Positions 45,468 through 54,095 of a DNA stretch of 64,000 nucleotides are shown piece after piece. Below the pieces are notes generated by a model. It searched no databases and had not been told where the DNA came from. It was given only the letters and a program-made list of their open reading frames with translations. Both the position numbers and the translations under genes were made by a program. The DNA is from Patescibacteria group bacterium (lineage in GTDB: Bacteria; Patescibacteriota; Kazan-3B-28): the NCBI GenBank assembly GCA_041649135.1, contig JBAZNQ010000002.1:41238-105237 (forward strand), read 5' to 3'. Every line of letters starts with the position of its first letter. Position 1 is the first letter of the stretch.

Positions 45468-46967
45468 GTCTGAACACAAGGCGCGCTCCGCGAGGAGCGC
45501 GTAAGGCGGAATCCAGTCCCAGAGCACTTTCCGAGAATTCAGAATCAGGTTCGAGCCAACCTCCGCGACAAAGTCGCGTAGTTCCAAGAGATCACCACCC
45601 GCAGCCGGGAGATTGCTCTCCCTGACTGCGTTAATCAGCTCCCGAAGAGGTTCGAGCCAGTACATCACCCCCTGACGGGCGATCTTGCCGAATTGGGTCT
45701 CAAGAGCTATCTTCGCATTCACCAACTTTCGCTTGCGGGCGGCATACTCCGCCCGATCAATTTCTCCATCTACATGCAAGTCATTCAATCTGCGCAGCTT
45801 CGCTGCGATCCCGGCAATTTCAATTTCAAGCTTGAGCGCTGGCGCATTCTCATTGGTTACGGCTTCAGCTTCCCAGTCGTCTAGCTGGCGGAGCATCGGG
45901 AAAACCCACTCCTCCGATTCTGGTAAGGCGATAGTCTTAAGCCGTTCCCACATCCTTGCTAATAAATCCTCTTCGCGCATAAACGGCTGGGAACATTTTA
46001 AAGTCCCGCCTTTTTTGGTGCAGCGATAGTAGCGCCAGACATGGTGGTTGCCGTTCTGCTGCGTCCTGACGTGTGTCTCGGCGGTAATCGAAGCTCCGCA
46101 TTCCCCACAGCGTATCAGCCCTAAGAATGGAAACTCTCTCTTGTAATGCGCTTGGGCTCTTCCTCGCTGAGCAAATACACGTTGCACCTTGTCCCAAAGT
46201 GCTTTGCTTACAACCGGTTCATGGCAACCCCTGTAAAGCTCGCCTTTCCACAAAATCGCCCCGTAGTAGAACGGATCAACCAGTATGCCCGACATGCTGG
46301 CTTTAGGGATCAAGGTCTCGTAGTAGCCCTTAAGCCCGTGTCCGTACATTACTTTCGCTAAGGCAAGCATTGAGTACTGGCCGGTGGCGTACAGCTCAAA
46401 CATCCGCTTGATTAACGGAAATCTGACAGGATCAGGAATAATCTCATGTGTTTTAGGATGATTGAGGTAGCCTAGTTTCGCTTTGCCGGGGTAGATGCCC
46501 TTCGCTAACTTAGATGCTAGACCACGGTGGACTAGCTCGCTCAGGTTATCAGTGTAGCGCTTGCTTTCGGCGAAAAAGAACGCCAGCATGAACTTGTCAG
46601 TACTCGTATTTTTGAAGGTAGAAGTAGCAGTCACAATCTGGTGCAATTGACCGGAATCGAGAAGCTCAATGATCCGCGCTCCATCCATAGCATTGCGGGC
46701 GATTCGTGAAGCATCATAAGCTAGCAGCGCGTTGGCTTTGCCCTGGCTGATGGAAGCAAGAACAGCATCAAACTGTGGCCTTCCTGGTTTCCTCGCACTC
46801 ATCGATTCCTCATACTGCTCTTCAAGACGCATTTGAAGGCTGCTAGCAGCTTTCAAAGCCCATTCGCGCTGGTCCGGGATGCTTTGTACTTGTCGCTCGT
46901 CGCTTTCAGTAGATTTACGGTAGTAAGCGACATATCTCAATTTGGTGTGCTGTAGTTTATTGCTCAT
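45456..46967 (-). CDS. Large serine recombinase (integrase), C-terminus overlapping the tRNA-Gly 3' end
   Basis: Resolvase/invertase N-domain with the catalytic serine region YYRKSTESDERQVQSIPDQ, a recombinase domain and a zinc ribbon (CGECGASI...C..C). The stop codon lies inside the tRNA acceptor stem. Confidence 0.9.
   Translation of the reverse strand: MSNKLQHTKLRYVAYYRKSTESDERQVQSIPDQREWALKAASSLQMRLEEQYEESMSARKPGRPQFDAVLASISQGKANALLAYDASRIARNAMDGARIIELLDSGQLHQIVTATSTFKNTSTDKFMLAFFFAESKRYTDNLSELVHRGLASKLAKGIYPGKAKLGYLNHPKTHEIIPDPVRFPLIKRMFELYATGQYSMLALAKVMYGHGLKGYYETLIPKASMSGILVDPFYYGAILWKGELYRGCHEPVVSKALWDKVQRVFAQRGRAQAHYKREFPFLGLIRCGECGASITAETHVRTQQNGNHHVWRYYRCTKKGGTLKCSQPFMREEDLLARMWERLKTIALPESEEWVFPMLRQLDDWEAEAVTNENAPALKLEIEIAGIAAKLRRLNDLHVDGEIDRAEYAARKRKLVNAKIALETQFGKIARQGVMYWLEPLRELINAVRESNLPAAGGDLLELRDFVAEVGSNLILNSRKVLWDWIPPYALLAERALCSDWSG
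45461..45539. repeat. Left copy of a perfect 79-bp inverted repeat (pairs with 47884..47962)
   Basis: CGCTCCAGTCTGAACACAAGGCGCGCTCCGCGAGGAGCGCGTAAGGCGGAATCCAGTCCCAGAGCACTTTCCGAGAATT is the exact reverse complement of 47884..47962. Its first 7 nt are the tRNA-Gly 3' end. Confidence 0.85.
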
Positions 46968-46969
46968 GG

Positions 46970-47830
46970 TTAACTCGGATTACTTGATGTACGATTTGCT
47001 GACTGACCACTTCGCGAAGTGGACACTTCCCATTTACCACCTTGAGCAACCACGCGGATACGACCGTCTCCACGGGTGGTAAGTACTCTACGGAATGTTC
47101 CGTCTTCGAGCTTTACACCGCGAGCGTGATCGCGGTACGGCGCGCGCTTGGTGAGTTGCCGTCCTTTGGCTTGCTCCTTGTCCGAGATCACGATGAGCTT
47201 AGGCGATAAGTACTGGAACGCTTCTTCGAGATAGCCGGTCGGCCTGCCGTGGTGTGAAGCTACCAGTAGGTTGGTCTCACGCAGCCAGTACTGGAACGCC
47301 TTGTTCTGTATGTGCAATCGCCAGCCACGAGCATTCAGGTCGCCAGGCAGACAGACGGTGAAGCCGTCCTCAGTGATAAACGAAACGAGCGACAGGTCGT
47401 TCACATCGCGAACACTGCCAAGCGGGAGATAGAACTGGTGTAACTCCATCGTCCTGAATTGGCGCGATGCTTCCATCGGCTGAAGCTCGGCGATGGTCTT
47501 GCTCTGCGACAAGTACGCTTTCTGCGCCTTGCTTAGCGTGTCCTTCAACTCGGACAATGTCTTCATAAACAACTGCGGGTGCTGCCAGACATGAACCGGC
47601 TGAAGCTTTTCAAGCACATTCGGCAAGTCAGCCAAGTGGTCTTGGTCTGGGTGGGTTAGTATCAGGTGGTGAAGTCTCCGGCGAGAACCGAAGCCCTGCT
47701 TAGCCAGCCCATCCGACGGCCGCCAGCCGGTCGTTGTGTTGTATCCGCAGTCTACTAGAACGGCTTCATTCTGCGCACTCAAGATGAGGACGCAGTCGCC
47801 ATGCTCAACATCGTAAATGCGGATTTCCAT
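46970..47830 (-). CDS. MBL-fold metallo-hydrolase
   Basis: HxHxDH motif (LTHPDQDHLADL) with additional His/Asp ligands; co-directional and tightly linked with the serine recombinase. Confidence 0.7.
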   Translation of the reverse strand: MEIRIYDVEHGDCVLILSAQNEAVLVDCGYNTTTGWRPSDGLAKQGFGSRRRLHHLILTHPDQDHLADLPNVLEKLQPVHVWQHPQLFMKTLSELKDTLSKAQKAYLSQSKTIAELQPMEASRQFRTMELHQFYLPLGSVRDVNDLSLVSFITEDGFTVCLPGDLNARGWRLHIQNKAFQYWLRETNLLVASHHGRPTGYLEEAFQYLSPKLIVISDKEQAKGRQLTKRAPYRDHARGVKLEDGTFRRVLTTRGDGRIRVVAQGGKWEVSTSRSGQSANRTSSNPS

Positions 47831-47883
47831 AACTCACACATTATCCGCCGGACACAAGGGCGGCGCAATCATTCCCTTCGCTC

Positions 47884-47962
47884 AATTCTCGGAAAGTGCT
47901 CTGGGACTGGATTCCGCCTTACGCGCTCCTCGCGGAGCGCGCCTTGTGTTCAGACTGGAGCG
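47884..47962. repeat. Right copy of the perfect 79-bp inverted repeat
   Basis: Exact reverse complement of 45461..45539 (checked base by base). Confidence 0.85.
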
Positions 47963-48254
47963 ATCTGCTCTCCAGGCTCCGAACTTACTTCGAGCATAAC
48001 ACATCGGAGAGGTAGGGATTCGAACTACCCCTATTTAAGCCCCTATGTACCGGTAAAAAGGGGTAACTCATAACGTCAACCCGCTTCCAGTCTAGGTTTC
48101 TCCTACATCGGAGATGTAGCTCTTGTAGCTGACACCGCCCCTGCCGCCGCTCGGAGAGCTGCGGGCGGGTCGGCGCATTCATATTCGACTGTGCGCGGGA
48201 ATTCAACATACTCAATAACAGGAACCAAAACACCTTCATCCGCATGATGAAAAC

Positions 48255-48290
48255 GGGCCGGAGAAGCGCGCTCCTCCGGCCGATGACGAT
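48255..48290 (-). terminator. Putative terminator of the minus-strand ZnR-membrane/GNAT/small-peptide operon
   Basis: Near-palindrome CCGGAGAAGCGCGCTCCTCCGG, followed on the minus strand by CCCGTTTTCAT. Confidence 0.4.
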
Positions 48291-48309
48291 GAGACACAAT
48301 CGCACTGCG

Positions 48310-48498
48310 CTAGAAGTGCCCGGACTCCTTCAACTGGCTCTCGCCGGTCTCAGTGTCGATCTCGTAGACCGTGTGGTAGGGCATTCCCAGCGCTGAGCTG
48401 TCGTGCCGTACTTCCACCGTGCCGCTACCCGTATTTGTCACGGTATCGCCAGCACTACTCGCGCTACCGTAGTCGCCTCCGGAGCTGCCGCCTGACAT
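48310..48498 (-). CDS. Small Gly/Ser-rich protein (62 aa), translationally coupled to the upstream GNAT gene
   Basis: Strong SD GGAGGTGA 6 nt before the ATG. MSGGSSGGDYGSASSAGDTVTNTGSGTVEVRHDSSALGMPYHTVYEIDTETGESQLKESGHF has no known motif. Confidence 0.4.
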   Translation of the reverse strand: MSGGSSGGDYGSASSAGDTVTNTGSGTVEVRHDSSALGMPYHTVYEIDTETGESQLKESGHF

Positions 48499-48504
48499 TC
48501 GCTT

Positions 48505-49116
48505 TCACCTCCCTTCCCGCAGATTGCTGTGAATGCTCGCTGCCGCCAGCTCGGGCCGGGCAGTGGTGTCGAGTGACCGTTGCGTTTCGTCGAACTGCTC
48601 CCGGCTGACGGCATAGAGCAGCAGGTCGTGGTAGCCGCCCCGCCAGTACAGGTGCTCGCGCAGCACCGCTTCCGGACGGATACCCGCCGCCTGCAAGGTG
48701 GCGTTGGATTCTTGGTTGAAGCCATATACCTCGGCATATAGCTTGCGCAGGGGGTAGTTATCGAAAAGCCAAGCCGCGAAGCTCCGGGCGGCCCAGCTGC
48801 CCAGGCCACGCCGGCGGTTGGCCGCTTCGATGAACACCGCCAGGTACGCCCAGCCATGCAGTGAGTTGTAGTTGTAGGAGTAGACCGTGCCCACGGCTTT
48901 GCCTTCCGCACGCACCATGAAGCGGACGTGAGTGGACGCCTCGGTTTCCTGGAACTCCCGTGCGAACTGCTCGGGATTGCGCGGCGCGCGACGGGGGTAC
49001 CAAAGCGATAACGTTGCCAGATCGTTGCGCCAAGCATGCAGCACTGGCCGGTCGGCTTCACACATCGGACACAGCTCCGCTGGCGTGGGGCTGTTAGGTT
49101 GGGGGCTGCTACTCAT
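48505..49116 (-). CDS. GNAT-family N-acetyltransferase (RimJ/RimL-like)
   Basis: Acetyl-CoA-binding motif RRRGLGSWAARSF within a GNAT fold of ~200 aa. Confidence 0.85.
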   Translation of the reverse strand: MSSSPQPNSPTPAELCPMCEADRPVLHAWRNDLATLSLWYPRRAPRNPEQFAREFQETEASTHVRFMVRAEGKAVGTVYSYNYNSLHGWAYLAVFIEAANRRRGLGSWAARSFAAWLFDNYPLRKLYAEVYGFNQESNATLQAAGIRPEAVLREHLYWRGGYHDLLLYAVSREQFDETQRSLDTTARPELAAASIHSNLREGR

Positions 49117-49623
49117 TTAGTTCAGCTCCCGCAGACGCTTGATGTCCATGATGATGTTGATGGGCAGGATGATGAACGCGAACGGCGCGACGAGTACTAT
49201 GCCGCAGATGAAGATGATGATCCAGTTGTTGACTGTGGTGAAGTACATCAGGCCGGTGATATCCGACAGCTTGTCCATCAGCTTGCGGAAGTTGACGAAT
49301 GACCAGATGATGGTTGGAATGACCAGCAGGCTGATGAAGGCCGCTCCGTGCGGCGGCTCTCCGGTGCTGGCACTGGCGACGGCCACTAGGGCGATGATGC
49401 CGATGAGTAACGTCCCCAGCACGCTGCCACTAATGACCAGCTGGCGGATGATCGCCCCGCGCTCCGTCGCCAGCGCGTCCTGGTATTCACCGGCCATGGT
49501 GGTATAGCAGTGTTCGCAGATCGGCTGGCCGAAACGCTCGCTGCACTCGCGGCATAGCCCGCGTCCGCAGCCTTGGCTGCACATACCAACAGCCCGCTCC
49601 AGCGAATGCTTGTAGCAGTTCAT
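49117..49623 (-). CDS. Zinc-ribbon membrane protein (hypothetical)
   Basis: N-terminal Cys cluster (CSQGCGRGLCRECSERFGQPICEHC) followed by 3-4 TM helices. First gene of a three-gene minus-strand operon. Confidence 0.5.
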   Translation of the reverse strand: MNCYKHSLERAVGMCSQGCGRGLCRECSERFGQPICEHCYTTMAGEYQDALATERGAIIRQLVISGSVLGTLLIGIIALVAVASASTGEPPHGAAFISLLVIPTIIWSFVNFRKLMDKLSDITGLMYFTTVNNWIIIFICGIVLVAPFAFIILPINIIMDIKRLRELN

Positions 49624-49719
49624 GTAGCACTCCCTAGTTGTTGCTGCGCATATTATAACATGCGTTTAGCAATATGTGCTGTACTTACTGCATGCTCCGT
49701 TTCCTGATACCTATTAACT

Positions 49720-49962
49720 GTGGAGCTGGCTCAGCAAGTAGGGATGAACATCCGCGTTCTACGGGTACGGCGCAGGCTGTCGCAAGAGAAGCTGGCCGAG
49801 CGGATGGGCATCGAGCGGCAGCAGGTCAGCGACATCGAGTTGGGCAAGCGCAATCTGACACTGCTGACCGTTACGCGAATCTGCCAAGCCTTAAACTGCC
49901 AGCCATCTGAGTTGTTCGCGGACACGTCGATAGAGCTAAGTCAGGGAAAGCGTAGTCGATAG
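49720..49962 (+). CDS. XRE-family helix-turn-helix transcriptional regulator
   Basis: LRVRRRLSQEKLAERMGIERQQVSDIELGKRNLTLLTVTRICQALNCQPSELF is a Cro/C1-type HTH; divergent from the GNAT operon. Confidence 0.8.
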   Translation: MELAQQVGMNIRVLRVRRRLSQEKLAERMGIERQQVSDIELGKRNLTLLTVTRICQALNCQPSELFADTSIELSQGKRSR

Positions 49963-49985
49963 ATTTCGGCAGTAGCCGTATATCA

Positions 49986-51653
49986 GTGGGGGATCTTGTG
50001 TTTGAGCATTCACCTTCTGTGTGGGATGTAGTAAGTGCTATCGCCAGCAGCCTGATGCTGTGGGCTTTGGTGATTCTGCTGCTGCTGGCCGTGCGCCTTT
50101 GGTTGACCAAGTTCATCTACTACATGCAGGACTACACCACCGGCTTTCTCAAAGTACGTGGCTTGGTAGCTGCCGCACAGCGTGAAGACGCATGGAAACT
50201 CAGCGAGCATCGTCCCGTTGGCAAGTATGCCGACTGCTCACTGACGCTCGGACTAACAGAGAGCAGCGGCTACTCACAGCCATTTGTGGTTCCCGGCGAT
50301 TACCGCACTACTCATATGTATGTGGTGGGCGCTTCCGGCTCCGGCAAGTCGTCGTTGCTGAAGAACCTGATCCATCAGGACATCCGCAGCGGGATGGGAC
50401 TGTGTGTGATCGACCCGCACGGCGATCTGATCTATGACACGGTGGCGCAGCTGGGCAAGCGAGCGGAGCAAACCGTGATGCTGGACTTGGCGGATACGGA
50501 ACACATGCTCGCGTACAATCCGCTTGAGCGCAGGCAAGGTGTGCTGGTTGCCGAGCAGGTGGCGAAGCTGATACTGGCGTTTCAGCGGATTTGGTCTGAC
50601 AGCTGGGGGTCTAGGATGGAAGACATCCTGCGCCATACGCTGACGCTGCTTGTCGAGCAGGGATACACGCTGGCGGAGTTCGAGCGCGTGCTGACCGACG
50701 CGGACTTCCGCGAGATGTTGGTTGAAGCATCGATGATTGACCAAACGCGCGAGTACTTCCTTGGACGCTACAACACATGGAACAGCAAGGAACGCCAGCT
50801 CTTCAGCGAGTCCTCTCTTAACAAGGTCTCGGCGTTCATGGCCGATCCTCGCATTGGCGTGAGACTCGGCCAGACTAAGTCCGGCTTCAACCTAAAGGAC
50901 ATCATGGACACCGGTGGGATACTGCTGGCGAATCTCGCGAAAGGCAAGCTGGCGGGTAACGCAGACCTATTCGGCGCGCTGCTGATGGCTGACATTGAAA
51001 TGAGCTTCCTTTCCCGCCCGCCAAACCAGCGCAGTCCGTTCGCGCTGTATGTCGATGAGTTTCAGAACATCGCAACGGAGAGTTTCGAGACGGTGCTGGC
51101 GGAAGCGCGCAAGTTTGGCCTGTGCTTAACGATGGCGCACCAATCCCTGAAGCAGGTTGATGACACGCTGGCTTCGCTCATCCTCGGCAACGCGCAGACG
51201 CAGGTGTACTTCCGTGTTGGCAGGCAAGATGCGGAGCGGTTGGCGAAAGAGTCTGCCAACATTATCGCGCAGCTGATCGAGCAAGAGGAAGAGCCGCAAT
51301 TGATGCAGGAACGGGAGCGGAAGTTCTCCATGTCCGAGTTATGGGAAGCGGCTTTTCACCAGCTTGTCCGGCTTGAGCCGCGCCGGGCTTATGTGATGGT
51401 CAAGGGCGCGATGGAGCATCCGGAGCTGGTTCGCACGATAGATAATCCTGTGGTCAAGAGCGTGAAGTTCCCTTACAGCGCAGCCTACGCCAAGCTGGAA
51501 GTGTTTGAGGCGGCGCTGAAACAGCGGGCGAAAGACATCATGCATGCAGTGGATGAGTACGTGAAGCAGAGGCAAGCGAAACAAGGCAAGCCAATTGAAG
51601 CCAGTCCTGGCGCGGATGAGGAAGTACCGGCAGCATTGGACTTCTTGAAGTAG
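49986..51653 (+). CDS. Type IV coupling-protein-like ATPase (TraD/TraG/VirD4 family; TraM-recognition/DUF87-like)
   Basis: N-terminal TM helix, Walker A VVGASGSGKSSLL, Walker B ALYVDEFQNI and a C-terminal TraD/TraG-like region (KFGLCLTMAHQSLKQV). Confidence 0.7.
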   Translation: MGDLVFEHSPSVWDVVSAIASSLMLWALVILLLLAVRLWLTKFIYYMQDYTTGFLKVRGLVAAAQREDAWKLSEHRPVGKYADCSLTLGLTESSGYSQPFVVPGDYRTTHMYVVGASGSGKSSLLKNLIHQDIRSGMGLCVIDPHGDLIYDTVAQLGKRAEQTVMLDLADTEHMLAYNPLERRQGVLVAEQVAKLILAFQRIWSDSWGSRMEDILRHTLTLLVEQGYTLAEFERVLTDADFREMLVEASMIDQTREYFLGRYNTWNSKERQLFSESSLNKVSAFMADPRIGVRLGQTKSGFNLKDIMDTGGILLANLAKGKLAGNADLFGALLMADIEMSFLSRPPNQRSPFALYVDEFQNIATESFETVLAEARKFGLCLTMAHQSLKQVDDTLASLILGNAQTQVYFRVGRQDAERLAKESANIIAQLIEQEEEPQLMQERERKFSMSELWEAAFHQLVRLEPRRAYVMVKGAMEHPELVRTIDNPVVKSVKFPYSAAYAKLEVFEAALKQRAKDIMHAVDEYVKQRQAKQGKPIEASPGADEEVPAALDFLK

Positions 51654-51686
51654 GTTAGAAGCTGTACAGTAAAAGCAGCTTTATGT

Positions 51687-52004
51687 ATGAACCGCAAGCA
51701 GTTCAACCAACACATCAATAGCACATTGAAGGCTCTCCGCGAAGTAGAAAGCCGTGATTGGTATAGCCTACTGCTTGCCTCTGCCAACCCGATTGATGAA
51801 GTTGGCGAAGCGGTGAAGCTGATTAAGGTTGCTGCGGGATACAAGCAGTTCGTGCGGGAATGCCCAGATACCGGTAGTGAGACAAGACGCGAAGCCTACC
51901 TGCTTCTGCGCGCCGCTTACGATGGCGGAGTTTTCCCGCCGCGCCAGCATGTGAGCAAGGCGCAGTTTAAACGCCTGCTCGACATGCACCTATCGCGGCT
52001 CTAG
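51687..52004 (+). CDS. Hypothetical protein
   Basis: 105 aa, high GC, co-directional with the island genes. Confidence 0.4.
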   Translation: MNRKQFNQHINSTLKALREVESRDWYSLLLASANPIDEVGEAVKLIKVAAGYKQFVRECPDTGSETRREAYLLLRAAYDGGVFPPRQHVSKAQFKRLLDMHLSRL

Positions 52005-52320
52005 ATGAGTTCGCGCTCTGCCAGAACTCAACCTAATTCACCGTGAAAGGCGAAAGGTGCAAGAGCGCCCAAAGACGAGTCCTACTAGCGTAAGTAGGAC
52101 AGGGTTTGAACATGACGCCCCCACGTCCATCTTGTGTTTCGGCCGCTAGACCACCTGAGACGGCTACACGCGGTAGCTTCTAGACGGGTGGGCATATTCC
52201 CTTGCTCCCCGCGCCCGGCAGAGCGTAGCTCAAGCATACGCTCTGTTGACAGTTTCGCGAAAACGCTAGATCCAAAACAGACGGCTTAAGTTTCTATCCA
52301 CATGATAGACTAGCAGCGCT

Positions 52321-53247
52321 GTGAATGTATACAAAGCAAAGGCTGGGCGCTTCCTGTTGTATCTCGATATTCTAGGGTTCAAGCAACTAATCCGGCACCG
52401 CAGCCCTGAAGAGGTCTACGCCACAGTAGATCAGATGTTGAGAGAGACCGCTGAGCGAGAACGCGGTATACCGGATTTCACAACGTTATATTTCTCAGAC
52501 ACGATTGTCTTTTTTCAAAAGTCGGTCGGATACGGATCTTGGGCCTTTGGAGACATTTATTCATTAACTGCAATGATCTGGTCAGCACTGGCAGCCAGAA
52601 AAATACCGACTCGCGGAGCAATCGCCTTTGGAGACTTCCATGCCGAGCCAGATTCCCGTGGGCAGCACACGGTATTCTTCGGTGAGGCGTTGATAGAAGC
52701 TTACGAAACTGAAAAACTGGAAAACTGGATCGGAGTAACTCTATGTCCAAGCGCTGTGGAAATCGTTAATTACGTAGAGCCTAATCGACTTACGCAAATG
52801 CTAAATGAGCCAGGCGCTTTCGATTACGTGGATCAGATTGAGAAAGAGCACGCAGCCTATACTCCGGCTGTCTTTGTCGAGTATTTTAAGAAGGCACAGC
52901 CAACAGTACTGCATAGAACTGCTTGCCGTCGAGTGCTCCTCAATCCACTGTACTTTCTGCATCAAACTTGGTTCGCAGATGTCTACGATGAGGGAGTAGT
53001 GAGTTACCCCCTTCATCATGATAGTGTGCATTTCGCTCATGATATTCTCTCCCTGAAGTTCATCCTACAAACCGCAGAGGAACCAGATGGAGCTGATCCA
53101 GAGCGGAACAAAGTCCTCGCCAAGTATAGAAATACAGCAGCGCTCCTCCGCCAGATGTTTCCGTCAGAGTGTATCGAGTGGGCCTTGAAGCTCTATGAAA
53201 CTTTCCCGGACCAGGCAGACGAAGGGTGGGGCGACTGGAAGAAATGA
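52321..53247 (+). CDS. Class III nucleotidyl cyclase-like (AC/GC/GGDEF palm) domain protein with unknown C-terminal domain
   Basis: LYLDILGF matches the FADIVGFT metal-binding motif; FSDTIVFF lies 43 residues later, matching the second metal Asp (GDxxxxF); RGAIAFGDF matches the RIGIHxG arginine. GTG start. The assignment rests on motifs only. Confidence 0.45.
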   Translation: MNVYKAKAGRFLLYLDILGFKQLIRHRSPEEVYATVDQMLRETAERERGIPDFTTLYFSDTIVFFQKSVGYGSWAFGDIYSLTAMIWSALAARKIPTRGAIAFGDFHAEPDSRGQHTVFFGEALIEAYETEKLENWIGVTLCPSAVEIVNYVEPNRLTQMLNEPGAFDYVDQIEKEHAAYTPAVFVEYFKKAQPTVLHRTACRRVLLNPLYFLHQTWFADVYDEGVVSYPLHHDSVHFAHDILSLKFILQTAEEPDGADPERNKVLAKYRNTAALLRQMFPSECIEWALKLYETFPDQADEGWGDWKK

Positions 53248-53416
53248 TTAGCCTACTAATGACTGTGGACAATTTCACGGAAACGGTAGAACTACAATAG
53301 AAAGCACCGGTTTCTATCCACAACGAGCATACTAGGTAGGCAGAATCCTCTTCGCTCATTAACAACGTTAACTTCAACTCCCCGATGCGCGCAATACCGC
53401 CGGAGGCGGCACTGCG

Positions 53417-53761
53417 TTGCGCATCAAGGACATCAAGAGTCTTGTTTGGCTCTATCGCTGGTACAACGGACGTTCCCAGCGTCTTCAAGAAACCCATCAA
53501 GTTCATCTTGCCGCTGTTTCGCAACTAGTCGTTGATGAGCTTGGCGGCACACCGCAGGGCAGCACGGAAGTCTGCCTGTGCGGATTTTCTCTTATCGTAA
53601 AGGCCAGCCCTGACGGGCTGGCGATTGAGTCCATTACCCCGCCTACATTTATCAACGGCGTTCAGCTGATGTTGTTTGACGCCGATTTGGATGATGACTA
53701 CCTGGCGGGCCAGTACTGTGAATCCACTGAAGAGGTGCAACGTGAAGTTGCTTACCGATGA
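53417..53761 (+). CDS. Hypothetical protein
   Basis: 114 aa ORF in the island; no motif recognised. Confidence 0.35.
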   Translation: MRIKDIKSLVWLYRWYNGRSQRLQETHQVHLAAVSQLVVDELGGTPQGSTEVCLCGFSLIVKASPDGLAIESITPPTFINGVQLMLFDADLDDDYLAGQYCESTEEVQREVAYR

Positions 53762-54095
53762 GCTTCTGAAGAAGCTAGAAGCTCAAGATCCCTATGGTCC
53801 GACTGGACCAGGACGGGAACTCACCAAAGAAGAAGAGCAGGTCGTCTGCAAGTTCTTCACGCCGGATGCTAACTGGACGTGGTACGCGGTTTCCGCGTCC
53901 CGCGATCCTGAAACCGGCGATGTGCAGTTCTTCGGTTTGGTTGACGGTCTCGAACTGGAACTCGGCTACTTCTGGTTATCCGAGTTGACTAAGGTTCGGG
54001 GCATACTCGGCTTGCCGGTGGAGCGCGATCTCTACTGGCAGCCGCAGCCGCTCTTCAAGCTGATGGAGGAACTGGAACATGCAGCAGTCAGCTGA
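53742..54095 (+). CDS. DUF2958-family protein (common on conjugative elements)
   Basis: KLLTDELLKKLE...PDANWTWYAVSASRDPETGDVQFFGLVDGLELELGYFWLSELTKVRGILGLPVERDLYW matches the DUF2958 consensus. GTG start with SD GAGGTG 5 nt upstream. Confidence 0.6.
   Translation: MKLLTDELLKKLEAQDPYGPTGPGRELTKEEEQVVCKFFTPDANWTWYAVSASRDPETGDVQFFGLVDGLELELGYFWLSELTKVRGILGLPVERDLYWQPQPLFKLMEELEHAAVS

Noticed and set aside
48005-48032. tRNA T-arm-like sequence GGTAGTTCGAATCCCTACC on the minus strand next to the right inverted repeat
   Set aside because: Contains a GTTCGAATCC box but cannot be folded into a canonical 5-bp T-stem with a 7-nt loop, and no matching acceptor 5' strand is present; at most a tRNA remnant.
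47985-48305. 106-aa and 64-aa minus-strand ORFs just right of the inverted repeat
   Set aside because: No start context or motifs; the region more plausibly holds the operon terminator and non-coding DNA.
48438-49061. 207-aa and 91-aa alternate-frame ORFs within the GNAT gene region
   Set aside because: High-GC DNA gives long spurious ORFs; the GNAT frame carries the acetyl-CoA-binding motif.
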